Source: Patellaria atrata CBS 101060 (lineage: Eukaryota). Taken from it: DNA of 64,000 nt. Location of the stretch: assembly GCA_010093705.1 (NCBI GenBank), contig MU006090.1, forward strand, positions 1,639,817-1,703,816. Reading direction: 5' to 3'. Both the position numbers and the translations under genes were made by a program. The notes beneath the pieces are model-generated. The model was not told where the DNA came from. It did no database searches and was given only the letters and a program-made list of their open reading frames with translations. Positions 25,755 to 39,850 of this stretch are shown one piece after another (the first letter of the stretch is position 1; each line of letters opens with the position of its first letter).

Positions 25755-27364
25755 CTACGTACTCCCAGGACCACCCAGTAATGCGAATCTTCTCACGATG
25801 CTCGGACCAATCTCATCATATTCTGCCTTTGTGTGGCAGTAACTTCTAAATTCAGGCGTTTGGCCCAGAAGACTGCCTCCGAACCAAGGGCCGTGTCTTT
25901 GTCGTTTGTGAGTAATGACTTGCACCTCAAGACCTCCACTCTTTGCCCCACCACTGCGTGCTTCTGAGGCTCTGATCCTATCGTCTACGAGGTGACGGAT
26001 ATCTCGCTGTAATCTGCGCCCGAAGTCCTTGTATAATGTCGAACCTCCGGACAGAACAATGTTTTTGTAGAGACCGCGCCGCACGTCAATAGGGGAGGTT
26101 TGAATAACAGTATCGACAATATTCGGTAATGGGGTTAGAAAATCAGAGGAGTAAATCTCCGGGTTAAAGAAAATTTCGGGGGCCAAGAATCGTTCATATC
26201 CTACGTCAACGACGACTGACTTCCCGTTCGGGTACTTTACTGTGTGCTTGCCGAACCTTTCCGGTTCCCGGTCAAATCTCGAGAATTCCTTTACGATATC
26301 AGGACATACGTAGCAGAACTCCTCTTTGATACGTTCTGCAGTCTTCAAACTGCTATCTGGCTCTCCTCGATCTCGCAGAAGCGATTGAACGAAATAGGTG
26401 ATATCTCGACCTGCAATAGGAATACTCTTGATGGAAGAACCGATGACATAACCTTCTGCTACTGGAATAACGTGGGTCACACCTTCACCAGAATCGATGA
26501 CTGTTCCTGTTAGGGATCGGTCCTGGACCTTTGAGGAAGTCCAAGATGCGGCGAGAGCAAGGACTGCTTGCACGGCGATATATAAACCGGCGCAATTAAA
26601 AGATTCAAACATGATCTCGGCGGTATTCTCTCGGTTTTCTGGAGGATTCAGGGGCTAAATGATAGTCAGTACAAGTAAACGGAATCAAGAGACGTAACCC
26701 ATACTGGTTCTGTGAGTAGAAAGTAATGGTCTTCCGGTTCTACTCTGAGATATTTGAAGATGGAATTCGACCAGAACCGCTCCATATGATCCTAATTGCA
26801 TTGTTAGTATCCATGTGTCTTTTTCAAGAGTGCTCCTTTACCCAATTCTCTATTTGTCCGTGCCGTATAGGATAGTGAATGCCATAACCTGACCATATCA
26901 ACGTCTATTCCACGTCCATGCATTTTGCCCTATATAAACATACCGGGTCCAGCTGACGCTGCCAGAGCTTCATCCCCAATGAAGAAGTCTAGATCTTCCG
27001 TTCCGCGCTTCCCTGAAAGATGCCCGCTCGGTCCGGCTCCACCGGTAAGGAAAGAAGGTTTATTTGCGACTGCCGGCCTCCCCGACCCTGAACCTCCAGC
27101 ACCACCACCTGCGCCTTTAGTTGCAATTGCGGTAGGAAACACGAAGGAGGGAGAATCATTTCCAGCAAATCCTGTCGCGGGACATCAGCTCAGTACGTAA
27201 TTGAAGGTATTTGATATTGCCAACCTAGTTTAGAATACCCCGTGCCGCTGTAATGATATCTTGTTAGCTCTCTTCAATCACAATGTACGGGAAGCGAACT
27301 ATAAGGCCACAGAATAAATGGTCACTTACTTGTCCATGACAACGGCTGGGGTTTGAGAAGCCAT
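25755..27364 (-). CDS. ARP3: Actin-related protein 3 (Arp2/3 complex), multi-exon
   Basis: [12 protein letters not shown]..., FPTAIAT...[60 protein letters not shown]. Confidence 0.97.
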
Positions 27365-28495
27365 ATTGCCGATAGCTCAACTATCGACAGAGCTACTAAG
27401 CAAACAAAACTTCTTGGGCAATGGTTCCGCCGGCCCCAGTGTTCGTAGGTAGCAAATATTGGTCTGAAAGAAGAGCTGCGTAATGAGGTCTTATCTCGAC
27501 GTGTGGGCGGTGGAATTGGCTGCGGGATCCGCCCCGCCAAAACCTGCCAAGATGTATGCAGCTCGGCTGACAGCTTCCTACAAATAGTGCTCTAGATATA
27601 CCTACATAGGGTAGGTAGCGTCGCGCTTCGAGATAGCTTTTACCTTGACGTATCCAAACGACTTCCCTTTGAGGCGACATAAATGCACTTTTCATCGGAT
27701 TAGTTGAAGAGGTGCGGTATTGCTATATACTTTAGTGTTTGTATACTTTATTACCCAAGGGTGATTCACATCGGGTGTTTGAAAGTTGTGAATGAGTTAA
27801 TCGCGTGGTCCAACATCTTCGTTTTAGGAAGTCACGTCCAACGAACCTAAGATTGAGATCAAAATGGCAATACATAGGCCTTTCTAAAAACAATTTCTTT
27901 CTCATAACCTTTCTCTTATTCCTTACACCTACCTACTCTCACCTCTCAGACTCGCGTCTCTCTACTCAATCATACAGGAGCAATTCTCTTGTACTCATTA
28001 GTGCTATCAACATACATCCCCTTAGGGAATTTTCATTCTTTTGCTTGATTCCGTTAACCTACTATCACGCATCTTAGGAATAGCTTCACCCATTTCTATG
28101 CTCCGCGTTCGAACTCGACAAAACTATCCTTGCGCCCAGGAACCCATAACACACAATTGCAAGTACGAATTCGACGTCTCTATCCAAAACATCAGCACCT
28201 AGTTGTGTTGTGTTGACTGTTTAGACTACTCAACAGCGCTCACTGAGTCATAGGAGGTACACCACTCTCGGATCAACTACCGTTCGGAGGGTGCGTCCTA
28301 ACTGGAATTTACCAAAGCTTCGGCGTGCACCATAACACAGTGGAAGGTCTCGGATTGAAGCGTGTGAGGAAGGGAGAACGACTTCATCATAGATTGAGCG
28401 ACCAAATCCTCCGTCGCCATAACAACGAAGCGTCCAAAGATTCTTCGCCGCATCTAAGCGCTCTACAGAGATCCAGGAGTTATATCACGGGGAAC

Positions 28496-30440
28496 ATGTT
28501 TAACCGAAATATCGGCCGTAAAGGCCACGATATCTGCGTAATATTCGTTCATGCTGGAGCTGGATACCACAGTATCCAGAATGAGGAGGTTCATCTTCAA
28601 GCTTGCAATGAGTACGTACATTCAACTAGCGTAAATATTCCATATTTTGTTCAAGAACCAACATTGACATGTCTTAGTGCTGCTAGAGCAGCAATGGCCA
28701 TTCTCAAAGCCGGTGGGTCTGCTGTGGATGCTGTCGAGATAGCGGTAAAAGTCCTTGAAGATCGTGAAATAACGAATGCTGGTTACGGTAGCAACCTTTC
28801 TATGGACGGAGTGGTCGAATGCGATGCATCAATTGTCGACCATCAAGGACGAAGTGGTGGTGTAGGCGCGGTGACTCGTAAGTTAAAGCACTTAGGCCCT
28901 CGTACTGTGCTAACTGTGACTTGCAGAGATAAAGAACCCTATAAGCTTGGCCCGTCTTATTTACAACCTGACCATGACACCACTATCTCTACGGCGCGTA
29001 CCCCCCAACTTACTTGTCGGACAAGGGGCTGTAGACTTTGCTTTTGAACATGGTATGTCAGTCCTACCTTACGACGCCTTAGTTTCCCCTGCAGCTCGTG
29101 AGAGATGGATTAGATGGAGGGAAGATCTCCGATCGGCGGAGCGAAGGGCTCGCAAAGCATCTGCTCAGCCGAGGAGAAAGCAGCGCAACGCTGGGATTAT
29201 CAATCCACTTCAAGAGGACATTGTCCAGAACACCTTGCGGCAAGCACATACAGAAGCTATGCTGTTGGCATCCGGGCACAACTCTGACTCGGTCTATCAA
29301 CGTCCCGTCAATCTCTCCAAGGAAGATAAAACTTCCCCCACTCCGTCCAGTATCTCATCGGCGACTACATTAAGCTCATCTGGAAGGATAAGCTCGGACG
29401 ACGAGAACTTCACTGATCCTCGCGGTCCTCCAGACCCTTTAGATAATCCATCACGTAATTCCTTCATCAACAGCACTCAGCAAGTGCCCACTATTGCTAG
29501 TTTGGAATCTCACAATACTACCCATCATCAACACGCTCGTGATGCTATCATGGAAAACGAAGTTGAGATGAGCGACGTAGATGATATCCGTAAGTACCAA
29601 CGTCGCAGTCAAGATGGAGGCCAAGACGGATTATCTAGCGGAAGTGATGATGGAAGCTCCTCAGACAGTACATTACAACTTCCATCGCTCACACCAAGCC
29701 CAACCCTTCCTCCGGTCGAAGGTCCAATGGAAGGTCTAGTCAACGGTCCATTATCCGTACCGTTACCACCGACACCACCAGAGAAGGCCGAATCACCTAC
29801 CCCGAAGTCTTCTACGCCCCTTGGCCATGTGAATGAAAAACCGGGATTTCCTCCAGAACCTAATGGAGACTATATCACGGACACTGTTGGCGCTCTGGCA
29901 GTTGATTGCTTCGGCAACATCGCCTGTGGAGCATCTTCCGGCGGCATTGGTATGAAATATCGAGGTCGAGTTGGCCCAGCCGCTCTAGTGGGTGTGGGTG
30001 CAGCTGTGATCCCTGTTGAATCAGAAGACAAGGCCAAAACTACTGTTGCTGCTGTCACGAGTGGAACCGGTGAGCATATGGCTACCACTATGGCGGCGAC
30101 TATCTGCTCAGAACGTCTCTATCACGGGGTCAGGAAAACCAAAACTGGCGGATTTAATTCAACTGACGACGACGATGTCATTCGAGGTGTGATCGAGCAT
30201 GAATTCATGGACCATCCGAGCGTCAAGAATAGCATTTCATCCGGCGCAATTGGAGTCTTGTGCCTTAAGAAGACGAAGGATGGGATGTTTCTTTACTATG
30301 GACACAACACAGATTCTTTCGCTATGGCTTCCATGCATTCCGATGAAGCGGTCCCCAAGTGTACGATGAGTAGAAGCCAGGGTAGCGGTAGTATTGCACA
30401 AGGAGGGCGTGCAATCCGCTTTCCGAAGAAGAAGGCTTGA
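28496..30440 (+). CDS. Threonine aspartase (taspase-1)-like Ntn-hydrolase, asparaginase-2 family
   Basis: IFVHAGAGYHS, LEDREITNAGYGSNL, ECDASI, autocleavage/nucleophile site D-TVG, GRVGPAAL.G.G, TSGTGE. Two introns. Confidence 0.88.
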
Positions 30441-30862
30441 GGTCAGTGTTTATGCTTGAAGGTTATTAATGATTACTCTTCTTCACCCTCATCCCTTGTC
30501 ATCTTCCCCTTTACAGTCAACTTTCGGCACACTTCTCTGGGTTCTTCTGCAGAACTGTGTCCTCTTTCGACGATAGATTGCTTTGAGAAAAGCAGTGGTG
30601 TATGATATGATTAGACAGTAATGCTGGGACGAGAAATGGTGCGACGAGTCAATGGGTGAAGCAAATTCCTGTAGACTACTCTTCCTTTGGAATAATCCTA
30701 AAAATTGACTTTATCGCTTTTTCTAAACGCTGTACAATTACAAGCCAGTAGTAGTCCCTCCATGCTCATAATTGATTAAACCAAAATACCTCCATATGCG
30801 CCAGATAAGTATGCTTTATGCTATCACAACACATTTTCTCAAGATGAACTGTCGACCAGCCT

Positions 30863-32158
30863 TCATGACGGTCCTGGTGTCACCCCCTGCATTGGCGTCG
30901 AAGCGCCGGACGTGCCATCCCCAGCAATCCGCTTCTTCTTTTTCTTTTTGCGCGGAAACAGCGCCGGTGCAGGTGTTATCGCGCCGGCAAGAGATAGGCG
31001 AGAGTTGCAAGTCAAACATACGCCATCACTCAGGGGTTGGCAGAAAACTTTGTCACCCATTAGTTTCCAAGGACTCTCATTAACCAAACAACACACAGGG
31101 GATTGGATAGTGAAGAGAAGTACGTACTGCTCAAACACACCGAACACACGAAGCCAACATCCACAACCTTCCGATGACAGAAGCATGCAGCCCTGAAATC
31201 GACCTCGCCACCCCCTGGCATCACCAAATACCTTCTCGCCGTCGCATCCGGCAGAAACGCCATCATGAGATACTGCAGCAGGCCCTCCGCGACCTCCGGT
31301 TCCACGTACACACCCCCGGTCGCATCGCACGCTTGCTGCAGGAACACGGTATCTCCGGCCAGCTTGAGGATATCGATGGGGATCTTTTGCCGCTGCGCCG
31401 CGAAAATCGCATTCATGACCGAGATGTACTGGTGCGCCAGGTCGCCGGACACGCTCACGACCATGATGCGCGAGGTCAGCGGCGGACCGCGCCGCGAGGC
31501 GGGCGCGCCGTCGTTGTAGTCTGCTGTGGCATCCTGACCGGCCGAGATCGGGTCGGCGAGGGGGGAGAGCAGCACGCTTTGTTTGGCGCTGTAGGCGAGC
31601 GCCGTTGTCAGCGCGCCGGCCATCATGGTCGTCGTTGTGCTTCGGAGGGTCGAGGTCGTGGTGCTGGAGATCAGGGCGCGGAGGTTGGTGAGGATTTCGT
31701 GCTCGATGCGGGCGAAGGGGCGGTATTTGTTGGAGTCTCCCATTGTGCCGTTGATGGTGTCAGTACCGTTCGGGGCGGACCCGTTGGCGGTGGTGTTGGT
31801 GTTGGGAGTCGGCTTGGGGGGAGTAGGGTAGAGGAATACGGCGCGTTTGACGTGGCTGGCGATGAAGGCCACTTGGTTCACGTGGTTGAAAGCTAGGTGG
31901 GCGTTTATGAAGACGAGGAGATTGGCTACGACGTTAGAGAGGGTGAGGCCGGTGGTGGAAGACAGGAGCTCCCAGGCGTGGGGATTTGTATCAAGGACGA
32001 CGGTGAGGAGGGAGGGTGGAGGAGCTGGAAGAAAGCCAGTGTTAGCCGTCTGAATATCTCTGAAGCCCTAGCGATAGTGAGAGATTCGGTGAAAGGCTTT
32101 AATGAGGCCTACCATCTGTAGTTGTGGTAGCTCTGTCAGAGCCATCGATGGCGTTCAT
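30863..32158 (-). CDS. TFB4: TFIIH/NER factor subunit Tfb4 (p34)
   Basis: [76 protein letters not shown] zinc finger. Confidence 0.95.
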
Positions 32159-32539
32159 TATCGTTCTAAAGTATAATTTTTCTGAGAAACATGCGAGTGG
32201 GAGGAGCGCATGTCATCTTCTTATCCTAAGCCTCCAATTCTGTTTGCTGATAGCCAACACTGAAGATTTGGAAGACTATCCCATGAAACTATACTCAATC
32301 AAGAGCTGTTTGCTGGGGCTCCGTAGTTTCCATCTCCTGTTGAAGCTTTGAGATGAGTTTACAGATCTTGGCAGGACTGTAGGGCTGAATATTGTCTACC
32401 CCGGCTCTCACATCCCTGCGCCCTGAATCTAAAACCAGACCTTTCACACTCACACCACCATAGTGTAGTATGAAAGGTAAAGCTTAGAGATAAAATCGAT
32501 CATTTTACCAAGAAACCGTTGTCTGTGACTTTAAACATC

Positions 32540-33454
32540 ATGACCTCCAAATCTGCAGTTCCCGATGCGTGGGACGACGACTGGACGGCCGTAGCCGACG
32601 TGAGATTTCGACTGAGTCTAAGAAGCTGAGAAAGCTAACAATCAAGTAGAAGCCGGAGACTCAAGTCGCAGATGCTACTCCTGAAGCTCCAAGGAATATC
32701 ACTAGAGCTGAACTTAGAGCCCAGCACGCGGCTGCTAACAAGCAGTTGTGGGAGTCGGCGTGCGTGTTAACTTGACTGAGCTTATTTCTCATATTAATTA
32801 GTCTGCAGTGAAGCGCCTGAAAGCACTCCATATCTAATAGCTAAGAACGATCCTCCTGTAGGAGCCAATTTCAAACCCCAACTTAAGGTTCTTAGCCGAA
32901 AACCTCCTCCGAAAATTGCCAGTTGTGACGGTGTTGCTTCAGGCATAGCTGGACTTTTCATAGAAGATGACAGTGAGGAAGAGGAGCGGAAGAGAAATGC
33001 TGAGGTCTTTGCGGAACGGCAAGCGAAAGCACAGAAGGAGCGGGAAGAGAAGCAGCGAAAGTACCAGGAAGTTCGAGAACGGCTCTTTGGCACGAGCGGT
33101 ACTACATCTGAAGAGAATAAGGGGCGCTCCTCTCCTGCGAGGGACTCGAGTACTGGCAGCAGAGCATCTAGAGGGAAAGGTAGAGGCAGGGTGGACCGCG
33201 AAACTCAGATGTCATCGTCAGCAGATCAATCTCCTGTCCGGCCAAGTAGCCAGAGGAGACAGCTCTACGACCCTGGATATACCCCAAAGCCAAATTCCGT
33301 CTACTTACAAAAGCGAGGATCAGCCGAAGGGCGTTCAAGACCGGAGACCCCAATCGACGATACTATTATTCGAGCTCCAAGGGGTCCTGACGGCAGCGGC
33401 AGAGGAGGATTTGGGTTTGCACCGAGAGGAAATAAATCAGGGCCATCCGTCTAA
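32540..33454 (+). CDS. SUZ-domain RNA-binding protein (SZRD1-like), multi-exon
   Basis: VPDAWDDDW N-terminus, QLWESA, LKVLSRKP, EREEKQRKYQEVRERLFG (SUZ), IRAPRGPDGSGRGGFGF (SUZ-C). Confidence 0.85.
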
Positions 33455-34086
33455 ACAGGGGCTCATTCGCCGGGGAATTGCCACGTCGAAATTCTAGATT
33501 GGATACCGAACGGTCGCTCTCGTCTAGAAGTAGACGGTATCGACTTGCAGAACTACGAACGAACTACCATAGGCTGTAAGCTCCCATTAAAAAGGTTACT
33601 GGGTTCTTCTGATACGACAATGGACTGTAAATGTCTTGGCAATAATGGTGACTTCAAGTGTTGAGATTCCGCCCATGGAGGAAAGGAAACCTATAATGTT
33701 GCCTTGCACGTTCACGAGGCTCGGAGGTACCCTTAAAACACCTGTGGTCCAAATTATCTGGACGAACGCTTAACTTGGCAAGCAAGGGTAGATATGACAA
33801 GAAGTTTAATAGCACGTCTCGTGTGTTTACTTTTCCATTTACTGGAATGCTAAATTTGCAGAACGTATACTCCTTACGTACCCCACAAAGCTCACAAGAA
33901 TGCACCTTGTTGCTCCTTCCGAAGCACTTGGCCCGAGATACTCAATATGTGTATTTTTCCCATGTTCGTTGTAAGAATAGCACTCGAAAGTGTGGCGTTC
34001 ATTCGTTCGAACCCTCTTTCAGAACTACTCCGTACTCTCACTCTCATCCGAGTCTTGCCTCAATCATGGCCAGGCGCAAACATTCA

Positions 34087-36317
34087 ATGCGTCCGAAAGC
34101 ATTTTTGGGCCTTTTGGCTCTGAACTCTCGCTCTCTCGTTCTCTCGTAGCTGGTCTACCTTCAATCCCTTCAACAGTCAGCTTCAGCACTAGCGTGTCAA
34201 CTGTCGCTGCTAACGCCGGTCTGGGTCTAATGTACCACTGCCGACTCCCGCTGGAGTGCTGATTCCAAATTTTGCAGCTCCAACGGTACCCGGTTTAGCT
34301 GTGCCGGCTTGGTGCCAGTTTGGTCTGGTCTACCAGCTCTCAGCTCTGAATCGTTGATTCCGCCCGTTCCTGGGTTGCCAGGTCCCGCGCTTCCTGGTTT
34401 GTCAGTTCCCGCGCTTCCTGGCTTACCAATTCCCCCTATCCCTAGTGTACCTTCTACTCCCGAAGACGCAACTATGAGCATACTTCCTGTGCCTCCCCTT
34501 CCCGGTGACTCTGGCGAGCTTCCTATCCCTGGTCTACCCGACCTACTGGTGCCTGGTCTACCAATTCCTGGCCTACCGATCCCCGATCTACCGATCCTCG
34601 GCCTGCCGATCCCTGGTCTACCAGTCCCTGAATTGCCAGGTCTTGATGGCTCACTTCCTGTTCCTACAGAGCTGAATTCTGATATTCTCACCTCCGTCCT
34701 TGGCCTCGGAGCTAAAATCTTATCGATCGTTTTAGGCATATTCTCCGCAGGCGGGCTCCCGTCCCTCGGGCTTGGTACTGGTGTCGGACCGGTAGGAGGC
34801 TTGACAAGCTCCGCTGGAGCAACTGCAAATCCAAGCCTTATTAACGGCCAGCTCGGTCTCCCAGGCATTCCATTACCCAACGGAGGCCTGGGTCTCAACC
34901 CTGCAGCATTAGGCTCTCTGCCGCTGTTAGGCAATCTTCCCCTTCCCGCTCTGAATATTCCAAAGACAGGACTTCCTTTTCCAGGTCTGGAAGATGGACT
35001 TCCAAATCTACCAATTCCTGGTCTTCCTCTCGCCGACCTAACCCCTGGGGGTGTATCAAGTCTTATTCCAAAATTCCCTCTTCCAAACCTACCCATCATT
35101 GGAGGTCTCCCCCTTCCCCTACAAATCTTCCTCTTCCAGACCTCCCTATCATCGGGAATCCTCTTGGTAGAGGGAGTCCCATTGGAGGTATCTCCTCTCT
35201 CCCAGGGCTTAGCCTGCTTTCTCCGATCACAGGTATTGCGCTCACCGTTGTTGCGTTGTTGGACTCTGGACTCGGCGGTGCTGCCGGCATAGGTTCGCTC
35301 ACCAGCAACTTGGTGCCCGTCCCGGACATACTTTCTCGCCAACTGGGTCTCGGAGCTGGCGCAGGCGCCGCGGGTGGGTTGACTGGAGGTTTGACTGGAA
35401 CCTTGGGTGGAAAACTGCCTCTTCCACTCCCCGGTGCGGGTGGTCTACCATCTCTACAGGCTCTACCACTGCCAGGCCTTGGAGGTGGTTCAGCAGGGCC
35501 GGCACTCCCGTTACCAAATCTTCCGCTACCAAATCTTCCACTTCCTAATCTTCCACTTCCTAATCCTCCTCTCCCTAATCTTCCTCTTCCTAATATTCCT
35601 CTTCCTAATCTTCCTTTTCCTAATCTTCCTCTACCCGACCTTCCTGTTCCCCTTCCGAATCTTCCAGTTCCTCTCCCGGGTAGCTCATCTCCCGGCTCAA
35701 GCAACCCCTCACTCCCCAATCTCCCGGTACCTCTTCCCAATCTCCCAGTACCCCTCCCCAACCTGTCGCTCCCGATCCCTGACATTCCAATTCCCGATCT
35801 ACCAATTCCGGACCTCCGGCTTCCCATCCCCGCGCTCGAGCAACTAGAAGTCGCGACCATCGTCTCCAGCCTTATCAACGCCCTCCCACTTCCAGCGGGC
35901 CTGGGGAACCTCATCCCGATAATCGACTCAGTACTCACGCTCGCGGTCTCCGACATCATCGCCGCCATTTCGGCCGTCTAGGAAGTCGCACTCATCCTCT
36001 CAATGTTCCAGATGCTAGGTGCCATGAACCCAGAGAAGTTCGGCGGCCTATCCGGACTCACCAGCCTCGGTGCCCTCAATTCCGCCGCTTCTGGCCTCTC
36101 GCCTGCGGATTTGACCGCTGTTTCGGGTATCTTGGCGGATACACCAGCGGCACCTGTGGGGAGCTTGATTGAGCAGCTCATTGCGATGGTGAGTATCTTT
36201 GCGAAGATGGCGCCGCTTATGGGTGATATTCCGGGCGCGTTCAGTTTGGCGGCGCTTAACAGGTTGGGCTTGCCGTTGCCTGTTGATTTGCCTTTGCCTT
36301 TACCTGTTAAGGGATAA
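34087..36317 (+). pseudogene. Disrupted gene for a secreted-type Pro/Leu/Gly-rich repetitive protein
   Basis: Signal-like start MRPKAFLGLLAL. (P)NLPL/GLPI repeats continue across a frameshift at ~35121 and an in-frame TAG at 35979-35981 (ORFs 35256 and 36003 share a frame). Further frame breaks at 34130-34310. Confidence 0.65.
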
Positions 36318-36712
36318 GGTGTGAGTGATGGAAGGGGATGTTGAAGGAAAGCTCAAAAATTTGGTTGTGCTGTTTTGCTGGTCTAAAAGTTTAGTTGTCG
36401 TCTCTTTTTGAGGATTCATTCTTATTCTCAGTCTCGTCTATGTGCGAGACCAATATTTTATCACGCGTTCCAGGATTTCAGTAGCGTTCAGAAGAGTTTT
36501 TGGCCTGATCCACTTAGCTAGCTAGTATCAATGCAGAAGTTGGACGTCGTAACGAAACAAGGTTGATCGTAAATGCATATATATTTCACATGAATGAGGT
36601 ATATCAATAATAAAGAGAGAAACAATCCGAAGCAGCATCTCTAGCCAATAACTAGCGAGGACTTCTCACTATATCCCTTCACCCTCTACCCTAGAAATTT
36701 CATTCAGATCGT

Positions 36713-37794
36713 TTACGGGAGACATTGGCCTGAGAATGAGTCAGTCATACTGTGCACAAGGTTATACGAGAAAAAGGGTGACTTACTGTAGTATTGGCTG
36801 CTAACTTTGCAAGTACCCGAAGCGCAAGTAGTAGGTCCCGTCCAGCCATCACCACCGCACTGAGCATACAGCGCCGCAGTACCTTGAGAAGAACCACCGG
36901 AGGTAGGAGGTTGCGGCTGCTGGGAGCCGGAGTCAGAGCCACCGCTGTTAGCACCGCACTGGAAGAGCGGGGGTCCCGGGATCTGGTACGCCTTGCCGCC
37001 ATTATCGGGCTGGCCGGTGGTACCGTAGATGGAGATCTGGATGCCGGGGTGGTTGGACTGGTACGCGCCCGGGAAACTGACGGTGTTGGAGGGGGTGGAG
37101 GTACCGCTACCCTGCACGTTGATCTGGGCGCACTCCATGTAGAACTGCGCGCCGTTGGCGGAGTAGGCGTTGTGGAGCGCGATCAGCTCGACGCGCATGA
37201 GGTAGTTGCCCGGCGCGATACAAGAGGGCATGGTGAAGTAGTTCCAGCCGTCGTTTGCGATCATGCGGTCGACGGCCCACTTGCCGCCCGAGAGGCCGTC
37301 TTCGGAAATCTTGAACCATTTCAGACCTGTGGTGCCGGTCGTCGCGGCGTTGTCGACTTTGGCGAGGTAGACAATGATGGGACCTTTGTGAGAGGCGGCG
37401 ATGGGATGATCAGGGTCGTTGGCGCCTTGCTTGCCGCCGATAACATGGCCCCACCATGCGCCGACTTTGGCACCGGCGGGGATGTTGATGATGGTGCTGT
37501 CTTTGTGGTTGATGTTCTTGTTGCAGGCGAATGAACCGTCGTTCACGTTCTCGATGGGCTGTATATGGTAAGTCTATGGGCATAAATCATGAGAGGGCGA
37601 AACGTACGTAGTCAGAATCTGGGGCGCGAACGCCTTTGAGCTGGCCTTGGTCTACACCATTCACGGATACTTTCTATTTTCGAGTTATTACAAGACGTCT
37701 ATAAGAGGGACATGGTCCAAAATACCTGGAAGATGGTATGAGCTTGAACTGCTGCAGCAGAGATAGCTAAAGAAGCGAATGTAGAGAACTTCAT
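36713..37794 (-). CDS. AA9 lytic polysaccharide monooxygenase with C-terminal CBM1
   Basis: Signal peptide then His1 (VQA-HTIFQ), [35 protein letters not shown]1 [18 protein letters not shown]...YYSQCL. Confidence 0.95.
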
Positions 37795-39850
37795 TTTGAA
37801 AATGATCGTATAAGAACTAGACGACAAAGACCTGATCGATGTAGAACTGAAAACGAGATACTGCTACCTAAGAAAAGTTGAAAAGACATTGCTGGTAGTT
37901 CTCTATATCTTAAATCTTTCGGTACCTACCGCCCATAGCGGATACGGTGAGTTGTCCTCCGTCGGAACGACCAGGACAATGTAGTAGTTCGCAATAAGAA
38001 TGCTTGGAAACTATGAAACCCAAATGATGGTCAATAGGATCAAGGATTGACTGGGTAGACTTAGAAAACATGGACTGATCACGAGTGGTTGCTATTCGTC
38101 GAAAATATATGAAAGCATAGACCTCCCTACTATATAAAACATTGTATCCGACTTGGCTGTGGTTTCGACTAGTATCTTTCGCCACATCGCGTCCTTTATG
38201 CACCCCACACCAAGCTATTTCTTCGCGTACTGACCCAGGTCATGATCTCCCTACATTTATCGGCCGTTTCTCGATGATACGGTGTTGGGCGCTGAGTGCG
38301 TCGGGAAGGCGCCCAGTTTATTGCACAACGTCATAATGGAACCCAGATCCCTACTTGGAGGAACAAAACCAGAACTCTGAGCTGACAAAATCAATGAGAT
38401 AGACGTCCAGGAAAAGTGATATAGATATAGTTCATCAAAAATCTTCGTTGGACGGCAGTTTTTGGCTTGAGAGGTATCTCTTCGATGTAAGATCACTTTT
38501 CCACTGAGATAACCTCCCATCTTACCCACTAAAAGAAGCTTCAACCTTGAAGAAACAAGACATGCCAGGTGCAGATCCGGTCTCGAGTCCCAGAAGCCGA
38601 AAATAGTCGAGAGTTTAGCATTAACAGAGGGCTTCGGCTCCAATGCAGTAAGGATTCTGTCGATTTTGTCACTTACGGAAGAACCGTGATCAAGACGATG
38701 ATGAGGCCTCCACGGACGCTAAAAACCGTCATATAGAAGACTATCAGATGTAATATTAATGGGCTCTGTGGAAGTTCTTGGAAATGCGTCTATAAGTTGT
38801 AGGATATTAATCAAGGATGTCAGGGGTAGTTTGGAACCGGTAGCCGTGGCGGAAATCAAAGGCTTAGTCAGCCTCAGCGGTTAGTTTTGAGTATCATCCA
38901 CTACCTTACCATCCGACGCTTCTGCGAGTTACCTTAGGGAGTATACGATATTGATTTGATTTTTGTTCGGCTTCATCACATCTCTCATCATCCTGTATAC
39001 TGCGAAGCTTGTAAGCTTCACGAAAATGAGATCTACGAGGAGTGAAACTTTATTACACACTCTGCGGATTGGGATGCTGCATCGAGCATGAGAGATGATA
39101 AGGCGAGCACTAAGAGGTTATGCCAGACTTGCGCCCTTAAGACTATCCTCAAAGTTCCTAGTAACTTTATATAAGATGTACCGTTTAAACTTCAAAGCCT
39201 TAGAACTAAACCTGATCGATCAGTGAACCTAGAAGAAGGCTTCCAGGAACGTCCCGTCAGAGCCCGCCATAGTCGACCATCGAAACCTCTTATCATTATG
39301 CTACCGCTTCTAGCTAATACGTAATCATGGGATGCCATTGGGCAGTCGAGAACTCAAAGAGTCGTACTTTTATATCTATTCCATAGTTCTACTCTTTCAA
39401 ATGTTTCATACAACCCTCGCTGAACGGGTTTTCTGGATTTCATTCGTCATATAGTTACTCGAAGCTCCACTAGGGTATGTTCTAGATGTATACTCAAAAT
39501 ACCGTTCGGCACTGAAAACAAGTTTTAGCCCGTAAGTAATATACGAACCCCCGTGGTACTTTATAGTAACACCATTTGTGTCATGCCGTAGGTTTCATGT
39601 TATCTACTGGAAGGAAGAATATCAAAGCGCTCCATTTAAGCATTGTTCTACTAGACAGCTAGGGTCTGAAGGACAAAGCGAACTTGTTGAGCTGCTGTTT
39701 TGACCCTAAGAGAAAAATATCGCTCTAAGCGTGCCTTTCCCCTTATTTTACTATGTAGACAACTATACCTCGTTAGTCACTAGGTCGACGTATGGCCCAG
39801 AGAGTTATTTTATTTATTGCATTCTTCTCTTCATTCGAATCTTTGAAAGA

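Noticed and set aside
34227..35968. Long minus-strand G/R-rich ORFs (371 and 290 aa)
   Set aside because: Antisense shadows of the plus-strand Pro/Leu repeat gene.
36794..37534. 246-aa plus-strand ORF (similar antisense ORFs overlap TFB4, MET14 and the SCY1-like gene)
   Set aside because: Antisense to well-supported genes with GC-biased codons. No independent motifs.
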